NCBI RefSeq assembly: GCF_964355755.1
Contig: NC_092676.1
Coordinates: 18,060,871-18,124,870 of the forward strand
DNA: 64,000 nucleotides
DNA from: Antedon mediterranea
Lineage: Eukaryota; Animalia; Echinodermata
Direction: 5' to 3'
Each line of letters begins with the position of its first letter. Positions within the stretch are counted from its first letter, which is position 1. The notes beneath the pieces were generated by a model, which worked only from the letters and a program-made list of their open reading frames with translations, had not been told where the DNA came from and made no database searches. This document shows, in pieces, positions 27,101 to 39,100 of this stretch. The position numbers and the translations under genes were made by a program.

Positions 27101-30100
27101 CATGCTTTTACTAAATTTGTTTTCCTTCGTTTATTTTAACATACTTTTTAAGGCAAATTTGTATGATAATTTATGTATGATAATTTTGTTCAGTTCTTTT
27201 TGTTATTATATTAGGCCATCTGGAATGATTAATGTTTAAGTTAAATGCCTTCAGTTGATTATGTTGCTAATTGCAATCCATGAAATATATCAGCTGGTAA
27301 ATTACTAATTTGGTTGCCCCACAAAGATCTGCAAAAATAAAAAATGAACAACATTTAAAAGTGAAGTTTGTATACTTTATATTACCCATAGTTTCACTAT
27401 TTTGTTTCTTTAGTTTATTTAACATAATTTTGTATCCAACTTTTAAAATTTATGTATGATCTTGTTTAGAGAAAGTATATAAAAAGAAAGTTGAAAAATT
27501 AATGTTTTTATTTAATTTGATTAACTTAAATTAATCATTTCACAATTATTTTACAAATGTTATAATAAATTGCAATTATTGCTGTTCATCATCATCACAA
27601 ACAGGGCACTTAAGACTTCTCCAATCAGAGAGATTATTAGCCAAAGTGTAAATAGACTTATTTATTTTTTCTTTTCTATCATTTTCTATAATTTTTATCC
27701 ATGTGGTTCTAGGTTGTTCTCTTCTGTCATTGATTCAGATAGAGCTCCTTGTGCTGGGATTTTGTAGTCTAGACAAAGAAGGTGTCCACACCATGTCAAG
27801 CGTCTTCTCTTTATAACTCTGTTCCATTTTTCTTCATTTGTGCTGTTATATAAATCTATATTTGTTATTATATTAGGCCATCTGGAATAATTAATGTTTA
27901 AGTTAAATGCCTTCAGTTGATTATGTTGCTATCAACTATGATTAATGAATTGTGAGTAATAATAATGCAATATGTACAAAACATACTTACAATCCTAGCA
28001 AATTGTTCAATCCATGAAATATATCAGCTGGTAAATTACTAATTTGGTTGTTATCCAAATATCTGCAAAAATAAAAATAAACAACATTTAAAAGTGAAGT
28101 TTGACTACTTTATACTACCCATAGTTTCACTATTTTATATTCTTTAGTTTATTTTAACATAATTTTTTATCCAACTTTTAGAATTTATGTATGATTATTT
28201 TTGTTCAGTGAAAACTTGTAACATTGAAAGCTGAAACAGAATTCATATCTTACAAAAAGAGCACTGTGAATATGTCTATTAAATACAACAATTTGTTTCA
28301 TTTTGGTTAAAATCAACATATAAAATATATTTGATTTATATGAAAATAATGTTGAAAAATTAATGTTTTTGTTTAATTTGATTAACTTAAATTAATCATT
28401 TCACAATTATTTTACAAATGTTATAATAAATTCCAATTATGCTATTCATCATCATCACGAACGTCATGTGACATAGTGCACTTAAGATTTCTTCAATCAG
28501 AGAGATTATTGGCCAAAGTGTACATAGACTTATTTGTTCTAAAATTTTTATCCATGTGGTTTTAGGTCGTGTCTTGACTTTTCTCATTGATTCAGATAGA
28601 GCTCCTTGTGCTGGGATATCAGAGTCTAGACAAAGAAGGTGTCCACACCATGTCAAGCGTCTTCTCTTTATAACTCTGTTCCATTTTTCCTCATTTGTGC
28701 TGTTATATAAATCTATATTTGTTATTATATTAGACCATCTGGAATGATTAATGTTTAAGTTAAATGCCTTCAGTTGATTATGTTGCTATCAACTTTGATT
28801 AATGAATTGTGAGTAATAATAATGCAATATGTACAAAACATACTTACAATCCTAGCAAATTGTTCAATCCATGAAATATATCAGCTGGTAAATTACTAAT
28901 TTGGTTATTAGCCAAATATCTGCAAAAATAAAAAATGAACAACATTTAAAAGTCAAGTTTTACTACTTTATATGCTACCCATGGTTTCACTATTTTGTTT
29001 TCTTTAGTTTATTTTAACATAATTTTGTATCCAACTTTTAGAATTTATGTATGATTATTTTTGTTCAGTGAAAACTTGTAACATTGAAAGCTGAAACAGA
29101 ATTCATATCTTACAAAAAGAGCACTGTGAATATGTCTATTAAATACAACAATTTGTTTCATTTTGGTTAAAATCAACATATAAAATATATTTGATTTATA
29201 TGAAAATAATGTTGAAAAATTAATGTTTTTGTTTAATTTGATTAACTTAAATTAATCATTTCACAATTATTTTACAAATGTTATAATAAATTCCAATTAT
29301 GCTATTCATCATCATCACGAACACTGAACGTCATGTGACATAGTGCACTTAAGATTTCTTCAATCAGAGAGATTATTGGCCAAAGTGTACATAGACTTAT
29401 TTGTTCTATAATTTTTATCCATGTGGTTTTAGGTCGTGTCTTGACTTTTCTCATTGATTCAGATAGAGCTCCTTGTGCTGGGATATCAGAGTCTAGACAA
29501 AGAAGGTGTCCACACCATGTCAAGCGTCTTCTCTTTATAACTCTGTTCCATTTTTCCTCATTTGTGCTGTTATATAAATCTATATTTGTTATTATATTAG
29601 GCCATCTGGAATAATTAATGTTTAAGTTAAATGCCTTCAGTTGATAATAGTGGGGTTCACATGGAACTATGTCTAGAAGAAGTGGATTTAACAATTTTCT
29701 ACTAACTGGACTAACCTTGACAAATCCCGTTCTTTGGTACAATTATGTCTAGTTAATTAAATTTCATAAAATCCTGGTATTGGAGATTTTAAATGCTATT
29801 TTATGTAAAAAAAAATCATCTATTTCTTTTATTTATCCCGTATGTTGTTTACTTTTAACTTCTGATTACAAACAATTGGTCATTTTACTTTCTGTGTTAA
29901 ATTTTGTATTCTATTTTTTAGTATAGTAAATATTTTAGGCCTACCATCTTCTAATATCTATTAGACGTCTGTCCTCGTCAGACATAGTTCATTTAATTTT
30001 TTAGGACATTTTATGGGGGTACACAATGAAGAATGACCATATTCTTTGCAATTCAAATGTTAAATATGAAAATGAAATGGGTTAAAAAATTCTTCAATTT

Positions 30101-33100
30101 CATTGGTGCAAATGAGGCTAAAGGCCACCCGCTGGGTTGTTAATTGGATTACCCTCATAAAATAACTGGCTATCCTTGGATTTACTTCTAAATCCAAGCA
30201 GCAATAATTGTCCAGAAAAAAAACATCATCCGGACATAATTGAGCGTTCACATCCAAATTATGGCGAGATCATGTAGATAATCTACTTAAATTAACTAGC
30301 CATCTCCTACGAAGCTCTTCCATACACACTTCGAGAGCGATCGTCAGCTGGTGCTGTCCTTGTTGGTATAGACCGCTTAGTGGGCCTAGCTGGTCGGGGA
30401 GCCGCTGGTCGGTGGTGTTTCCGTCGTGTAACATTGGGCTCAAATTCTTCGTCAATGAGTAAAATAATGGTCGTCAGGAGAAGGCATATTTCGGCAGGAT
30501 TATCGGCGTTAAGAGGCATAAGGTTTGTCGCAAGGATAAGCAGTGTATATTAGGCCATTTGGAATGATTAATGTTTAAGTTAAATGCCTTCAGTTGATTA
30601 TGTTGCTATCAACTTTGATTAATGAATTGTGAGTAATAATAATGCAATAAGTACAAAACATACTTACAAGTATTGCAAATTGTTCAATCCATGAAATATA
30701 TCAGCTGGTAAATTACTAATTTGGTTGCCCCACAAATATCTGCAAAAATAAAAAATGAACAACATTCAAAAGTGAAGTTTGACTACTTTATATGCTACCC
30801 ATAGTTTCACTATTTTGTTTCTTTAGTTTATTTAACATAATTTTTTATCCAACTTTTAAAATTTATGTATGATCTTGTTTAGGGAAAGTATATAAAAAGA
30901 AAGTTGAAAAATTAATGTTTTTATTTAACATGATTAACTTAAATTAATCATTTCACAAAAATTTTACAAATGTTATAATAAATTACAATTATTGCTATTC
31001 ATCATCATCACAAACAGGGCACTTAAGACTTCTCCAATCAGAGAGATTATTAGCCAAAGTGTAAATAGACTTATTAGGTTATATGCATTATCATGCATAT
31101 AACCTCTTGATTCTGTCAAAATCTTTATTTATTTATCTATTTATTCTTTCCTTAGCACTATTTTGTCCGTGAATTATCTTGATATCAGTTTCATCTATCT
31201 AAGTCAATTTTTCAGAGTATATTCCTTATGGCCAGGAATCGATGTGGTTATGTTTTCAGGGTGCGCAATCAAACATTACGCGGTCTACGCGCGATTTAAC
31301 GAAATCACGTTTGTAATCATATCTTCACAAGCATGAATCACTTTTAAACAAAATTTGGTACTCATAAATTTCAGGTCATATTTCATAATATGGCAATACA
31401 ATTACGTGCGTAGCGCATATAACGCATGCGTACGCGCGCTTAAAATGTTGAAAATTGTCAGAATTTATTTTCGATGAAATTAGAGTACGTTTCAGGCAAT
31501 TTCAAGCGTTTAAAAAATTGCCATGAGTGCGCAGATTTTTGCACGCGCACTGCGCGTCAAACGTTAATGCGCACTTTTTTTGTCCGATTACTGTTGTATA
31601 ACCTTTCTTTAATAATATCATCATATTTTATTCACTTTTCAACACGAAACAGCGTTATACGAGCACGTCTAAAGTGACAGTCTACGCACGTGTAAGTTAA
31701 CAAAATGGTGAAAATATGCTAAATTTTTAAATTAATATATATCGTTAGAATGCTCGGGAACACCTATTTTTTATTTCATTTTCTTGAAGTGTATGTATCA
31801 TATGTATGATTTATTATGAAATTAGGAGAAAAAAAGTTGATTAAGTCATCATTAATGGTATATTAAATAAAAAAAAATTAATTATGACAATCAATCAAAT
31901 TATAACATTTTCTTAGGCCGAAATAACAAACTTAACATTAACTTTCTTCCTTAAGAAGTTCATATATTAAAGTTAAAAGTATATAGTTTGACAGTGCATC
32001 ATTTTTTTAAATTTTTAAAAATGTCATCATAGTAAAACATTATAATTCATTGCGGTATGTAATAATCTATCTGCACCAAAGTGGTTACTGCATAGTAAAT
32101 ACACGGAGGAATCTTTCCATAACTTTAGTCAGTTGTGTATGGCTCGATGGTCTTTGCTCGTGTCTATGGCATTCAAGGTACCGAGATCGAGTCTCACCTT
32201 GGGAAACGAAATAAGATTTTTTTTTTTATTATCTGTATTGTTTGTTCAAATTTATTTCTTAGTGTATAGATTATACACATGATTTGTAATGAAATCTAGA
32301 TAAAAAGTAACTTATGTCTTTATTAATATGTAACAACAAATGTGGTTTATGAAATTTTACGCAGAGGGATCTTTGATCGGATTGTGATACCGGCTATTGT
32401 ATTCGCGTTAGCAAGATCCTATCATATATTATAAATAATTAAAGATTCTGAGAAAAAAAAATCAATCAATATATCTTAAATCAATCAATTATCTTTATTT
32501 AAATCAATGCATATAACCTATAATTCGTCATAGTGACGAATTAAATCTAGTTTATTTTTTCTTTTCTATCATTTTCTATAATTTTTCTTCTCTTTATAAC
32601 TCTGTTCCATTTTTCCTCATTTGTGCTGTTATATAAATCTATATTTGTTATTATATTAGGCCATTTGGAATAATTAATGTTTAAGTTAAATGCCTTCAGT
32701 TGATTATGTTGCTATCAACTTTGATTAATGAATTGTGAGTAATAATAATGCAATATGTACAAAACATACTTACAACCATAGCAAATTGTTCAATCCATCA
32801 AATATATCAGCTGGTAAATTACTAATTTGGTTGTCATCCAAATATCTGCAAAAAAACAAAAATAAACAACATTTAAAAGTGAAGTTTGAATACTTTATAT
32901 GCTACCCATGGTTTCACTATTTTGTTTTCTTAGTATATTTTAACATAATTTTTTATCCAACTTTTGGAATTTATGTATGATTATTTTGTTCAGGGAACTT
33001 AACATTGCAAGTTGAAACAGAATTCATATCTTATAAAAGAGAGCACTGTGAATATGTCCATTAAATACAATAATTTGTTTCATTGTGGTTAAAATCAACA

Positions 33101-36100
33101 CATCAAAAATATTTGATTTATATGAAAATAATGTTGAAAAATTAATGTTTTTTGTTTAATATGATTAACTTAAATTAATCATTTCAAAATAATTTTACAA
33201 ATGTTATAATAAATTGCAATTATTGCTATTTATCATCATCATCACGTACACTGAACGTCATGTGACATAGTGCACTTTTAAGTCTTAAAAGACTTCTCCA
33301 ATCAGAGAGATTATTAGCCGAAGTGTACATAGACTTATTTATTTTTTCTTTTCTATCATTTTCTATAATTTTTATCCATGTGGTTCTAGGTTGTTCTCTT
33401 CTGTCATTGATTCAGATAGAGCTCCTTGTGCTGGGATATCAGAGTCTAGACAAAGAAGGTGTCCACACCATGTCAAGCGTCTTCTCTTTATAACTCTGTT
33501 CCATTTTTCTTCATTTGTGCTGTTATATAAATCTATATTTGTTATTATATTAGGCCATCTGGAATAATTAATGTTTAAGTTAAATGCCTTCAGTTGATTA
33601 TGTTGCTATTAACTATGATTAATGAATTGTGAGTAATAATAATGCAATAAGTACAAAACATACTTACAATCCTTGCAAATTGTTCAATCCATGAAATATA
33701 TCAGCTGGTAAATTACTAATTTGGTTGTTATCCAAAGATCTGCAAAAACAAACAACATTTAAAAGTGAAGTTTGACTACTTTATATGCTACCCATAGTTT
33801 CACTATTTTATATTCTTTAGTTTATTTTAACATAATTTTTTATCAAACTTTTAGAATTTATGTATGATTATTTTTGTTCAGTGAAAACTTGTAACATTGA
33901 AAGCTGAAACAGAATTCATATCTTACAAAAAAAATATTGAACATTTATCAATTCATGAAATATATTTGTTGGTAAATTACTAATTTGGTTGCTAGTCAAC
34001 CATCTGCAAAAATAAAATGACCAAAATTTAAAATTTAAATTTCTCTACTTTATGTTAGACATAGTTTCACTATTTAGTTTTCTTTATTTTATCTTCAAAT
34101 AATAAACATTTTTTATAACTTTTTAACAGAATTCATATCTTAAAAAAGAGAACACTGTGAAAATTTGTTTCACTTTTGCTAAAACCAATGCCTTAAATAT
34201 ATTTTATTTACATGAAAAGAGTGTTGCAAAATTTTCTTTAATCATTTCACAATTAATATGCAATTTTTTTTTTTTGCGCAACTATTTCCGTATTAATGAA
34301 TTTAGAGTAATAATAACTATTATATTATAAAACACACGAATACAACGTTTGCATCAAATACATCAGCTGGGCATTTCCATGAGAAATGGACAAAAATGTA
34401 CATGACCTGAAAATTTAATTCTCAAAATATCATATATGTTACTAGCAGTAACCTGTGTTCCGCACGGTCTTTTTCTGCCTTAATATGTTGTTATATACTT
34501 TGCATGGACAAGTATAATAACAACGCACTTTGATAAAAGTACTCTGACAAATTATTAAAATGAAAACGAATTGTATCACGAATAAAATTCAGAACTACTG
34601 TATTTACGGCCATTGGTTTGTTATACACTATCCCTTCACTTTAAAATACTATGTAGCTGTGCTTTGTAAATTAGATGATGCGCACAAACACATAACGAAA
34701 GTATAAAAATGACAAACTATATTATTTTAGGTGTTTTTCGTGTTGTATTAATTATTTGATACGTACAGATAAAAAAAAAAGTGGACAAAAATCGAATGAA
34801 ACACACATTGCTGCAGAAACACGAATTGTTAAGTTTTATTTTATATATATTGTTATATTTTTTTTATTTTTATTTCATTGGTTTTGATATTTTGCAATTT
34901 TTTTCAATGGCAGATTTGTTACGTACTTGCTACTTTTGTAATTAAATTTTGGTCTACCAGAAGCCGTGCTCTGCATGGTTTGTCTACCTTAATAATAATT
35001 TGCATGGCATGATTATTAAGTATAATAAAAGTGTACTTTTCCCGGCCACAATATTTCTTTTCGTACATAAGTTGGGGACCCCTCATGAGACGTCACAAAA
35101 TCAACATGAATATTCCTTAATCATGTCCATAAGCTGTGACGTTAGAAATGAGCTAACTGGGCTTCGAATTCTATGAGCAAGTTCTTTTTACTTTATAGTG
35201 ACAGAGATTATTTAGAGGGTTAGGTTTAGTTATATTTAGAAACTTAAGTAGTTTGGCTATCTTTCACATAAGGGGCCAAACTTCCGTACAAAAAAAAAAT
35301 CGCTTCCCAGCCCCTGACAAATTGGTTTTTTTTTAAACAAACAAATTGTCAACAATACAATTCGGAACTATGTACGGCCTGCCGCCATTGATTTTGTTAT
35401 ACACGGAGTATTCCTTTACTTTGAAATATCTGTAAGCTACAAAATGAAATACTGGATTTGGGGTGCGCCTCAGAAAGTGACAACGTGCATGAGCGGAACA
35501 GACTTGAACGTCCATATCAGGCACGTTGAAGTCTGTCAATCAGTCGGCAGAGATTAAAACATCATAAAATATGAATTAATAATAATAATAACGATTTACA
35601 CACGTGGGCTTACGCTTTTTTTGCTTATATAAAAAAAAAATGTTAGCCTAGCGTTGCATGCTCCAAGCACGGTTCCAAGCATGCTTACCGACGCAACATT
35701 TGGTGTCCTATTGTTACATCGGTAAATAACAGCAAATGCACCTCAGCGCAAACAAAACCAATGCTCTTAATTTTACAAAAATAGTAAAATAATAATGTTT
35801 AATATACTAATTAACAATGTCCTAAACAAAACTATTGTGGCATAATGTTTACCCTGGCTACGAGCCATAACAAGATTGGATTGTTGTCGGTGTCACATCC
35901 TAGCACGTTTTGTTACATCCAGTGATTTGTAAAAGTCGGAGGCTGGATGGAAATCTATAGTGTTACTGTTATCGCAGTTCAAGAATTGATTCTCCATGGA
36001 GAGGGAACCAACATGATGGCGGCTGCAATCGACCAATCAGATATGCGATATGCCCTACGCAGTACGCACTACGCCTGTGTTGAGCATATCTGCATGAGAA

Positions 36101-39100
36101 CGATGCGCAACGCAGCGCGTTAAGCATATGAACGCGAACGCATTCTATATGATCCTCGTCAAAGGTCAAAATTAGAAGTTTTTTGACAGTTTTATGATTT
36201 TTATTACATTAGAACAAATACAAACAACTACTTTGCGAGTAAATTGAGACCACAATTATCACTTTTTGACCAGTGGTTGATGAGATATTCATATGGCCAA
36301 TTTCTTGACCAGTGGTCAGAAAAGAGTTTCTGTCCACTTTTGGCAACAAATTACCCATTAGAGTGAATAGAAATATGGGTCTTCTGAGTAGTTTGGCACA
36401 AAAATATTCCAATACACCCAGTAGTTACCAAGTTACGCAGAGTCCTGACTTTGACCATATTGACCTTTTGGCCCCTGTACTGACCAAGCATTCCAATTTT
36501 TTTTCGGCCAACAGCAAAAAATTGATTTGTATAGATATAAGGAAGCAAAAAAACATTGTTAACATACTTTGCTAGAGGGTGCACGTAAACCCTTTCTGGC
36601 TCTCCAACTAAATATATTACCAATGGCATTTAACCGATTATTTAAATTTTGTGGTAAATTACTCTCATACTATTTTTAATTGGTTTATTTATTTTTTTGG
36701 CAGAAAGAGGCCAACAACACTGTATTGCATTGTCAGCTGGTATGATATAGCTTATTACTTTATTGGTCTTAAAATCAAAGAGGCAATCAATAACTTTTCA
36801 AGATTGGATTCGAGACAATTATAGTTTCATGAAAAGGAAAATACACTACTTACTGCAAATAGAAAAACAAATTATGCAGTTCAGGGCTATTGTTAGGATA
36901 GATAAATATGAACTTCTTAGAGTGTTAAAATATAGAAAATTAAAATGTTCAAATAATAACCTCAGTTGACAGTTTACCATTTTACTTTTAACAAAGTGAA
37001 TCACCTGGCTTATATTTTAGGTCACATCTAAGAACTCTGATACTTCATGCAAAACAACACATACAAAACAACACATACAAACTGAGTGAAAACATTCTGT
37101 TGTTTTAGAGAAAAAAAATTATTGTTATAACACACTATAATAGGTAAATTTAAACTTACATCCATTGAAGACTTGATAAATTATTATCCTTAAAGATATT
37201 TAAAGCCCTCTCATCATACTCTTGCAGCCACCTATGAAATAATAAAATAAAACAATTTGTCAAAAACTAAACAAATTTATTATTGTCTTGAAAACTGATC
37301 ATGATGATGAGCCTGATATTTTTGTGGGGACACAAACATCAGTTCCATCATTACAATTATGGACAATTTAATATTGGTGGTATAATACATACAAGAACAA
37401 TTGAAAACTATCTTTGGGCATCTTCTTATTAACTATTTATCATTTGGGAAAGTTAAATGTTGATTTTATTTCACATACTTTTTCCAATGATAATGAAATA
37501 TGAGAGGGTAAAAACTTACCTGTATAATTAGTGTTCGCTGTAAATTCAGTTTACTTATTAATTACACATACTTAGGCAATCTAACTAACAACAGGACGCT
37601 GAGCTTGACTTGCCAACATATGCTATCATAACGAACGTGTATTGAAATGATGTCAACCTTCATTTTGACAATGTTGACATTAAAATGTATAATAAAATCA
37701 GATGATGTTTATACTCACTTTATTGTTATGTTTCACCAAAAGCTGCCTCTTATATACATACCTTAATGTACACATTTATTAATTTATATTGAAAGTGGGA
37801 AGGGTTTTGTATATTAAAGCAAGGCTATCAATAAGTGTGCGGATTATGGATGGTACCGTTTTGGTACCCACAGATCAGTCAAGCGTATATTTTCTGATAT
37901 TACATAACATCAGATAATTATCAGATATTATTCTCTAATTCTTTAATTTGTATTTATATTGGAAACACAACTAGTAATTCTTTTAATATTAAGCCTATAT
38001 TATATGATTTGAGAAATTGTAGGAAAGAAACTTGCTGTTGGTGAATTAGCAATACTGAAGGAAACTAGCAGTAAGAAGACATTGAACATCTTAGTTAGAA
38101 TAGCCAAGGTAGTAAATTAATGTATATTATAAAGACATCAAAAGTGTCAAAAAAGAACCCTGAGTTGAATAGAACAATCAGGCTTTCAACTCATGAACAT
38201 TTTCAATAAAACTATAAAACATTCACAACACATTATATTCTTAAATAAATTTAGATTAATTAATCTGTCACTTAAATGTTGAATCGATGTGCATGTTGTA
38301 AAGTACTAGACATCTATTAGAGACAAAAATACTTTGATCTGTGTTCTGTTTCTACAAACCTGTTGCAAAGTACTAGACATCTATTAGAGACAAAAATACT
38401 TTGATCTGTGTTCTGTTTCTATAAACCTGTTGCAAAGTACTAGACATCTATTAGAGACAAAAATACTTTGATCTGTGTTCTGTTTCTATAAACCTGTTGT
38501 AAAGTACTAGACATCTATTAGAGACTAAAATAATTTGAATTGTGTTATGTTTCTATAAACCAAAGTGATTAAAGCACTTGACACAACCAACAACCAAGCC
38601 CACAAAATTCACTAAATATTTGTAGAATAATGGAAATGGAAACTATTTCAAAATTTTGATTGATTGTAAATTTACCTTTATGTGTTGCATGAATGCTAGT
38701 ACTAGGAGTGTCAAGAATCATTAGCACTGTATACTTACATGAATTCTAAAGGCTTATAATTATTCATCTTCGTGATCAATGCTGTTATGTCACTCCATGG
38801 TACTGTTCTCTTCTCACATATGATGTCAAAATAATAATTGCTATATTGATCATCTATATCATAACATATGCAATCAATTGGACATTCTGAGGTTAAAACA
38901 CAAATGTTAGATAAATATTTGAAAAAATAGAACTTTACATAAGAAGCATAGGGATGGTATTGCCCTGATTATGTGTATAGATGGAAGCCAAATTGAACCA
39001 TGTTATTTATCAAGTAACACAAGCAGACACTGAAGATATTAGGAAGTGGAGAAATGTCAATTGAGATGTTAACATTCTTGCTATTTTTTTGCCATTCTGG

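Larger units (their letters stand above)
22410..34010 (-). repeat. Tandem LRR exon-intron cassette array of copy A (typical unit ~0.8-0.9 kb)
   Basis: Repeated plus-strand motif aaaacatacttac + 72 nt + ctgcaaaaa, with homologous introns. 12 intact cassettes plus 2 damaged exons. Confidence 0.93.
223..34420. repeat. Large tandem segmental duplication, unit 1
   Basis: Colinear near-identity with 34421-64000: 2031~36209, 8733~41109, 11394~43776, 20186~51653, 33940~63585. Confidence 0.92.

Noticed and set aside
34338-34406. Additional LRR exon (PADVFD-like remnant)
   Set aside because: No clean phase-2 borders or LRR consensus; probably degenerate, so left out of the gene model.
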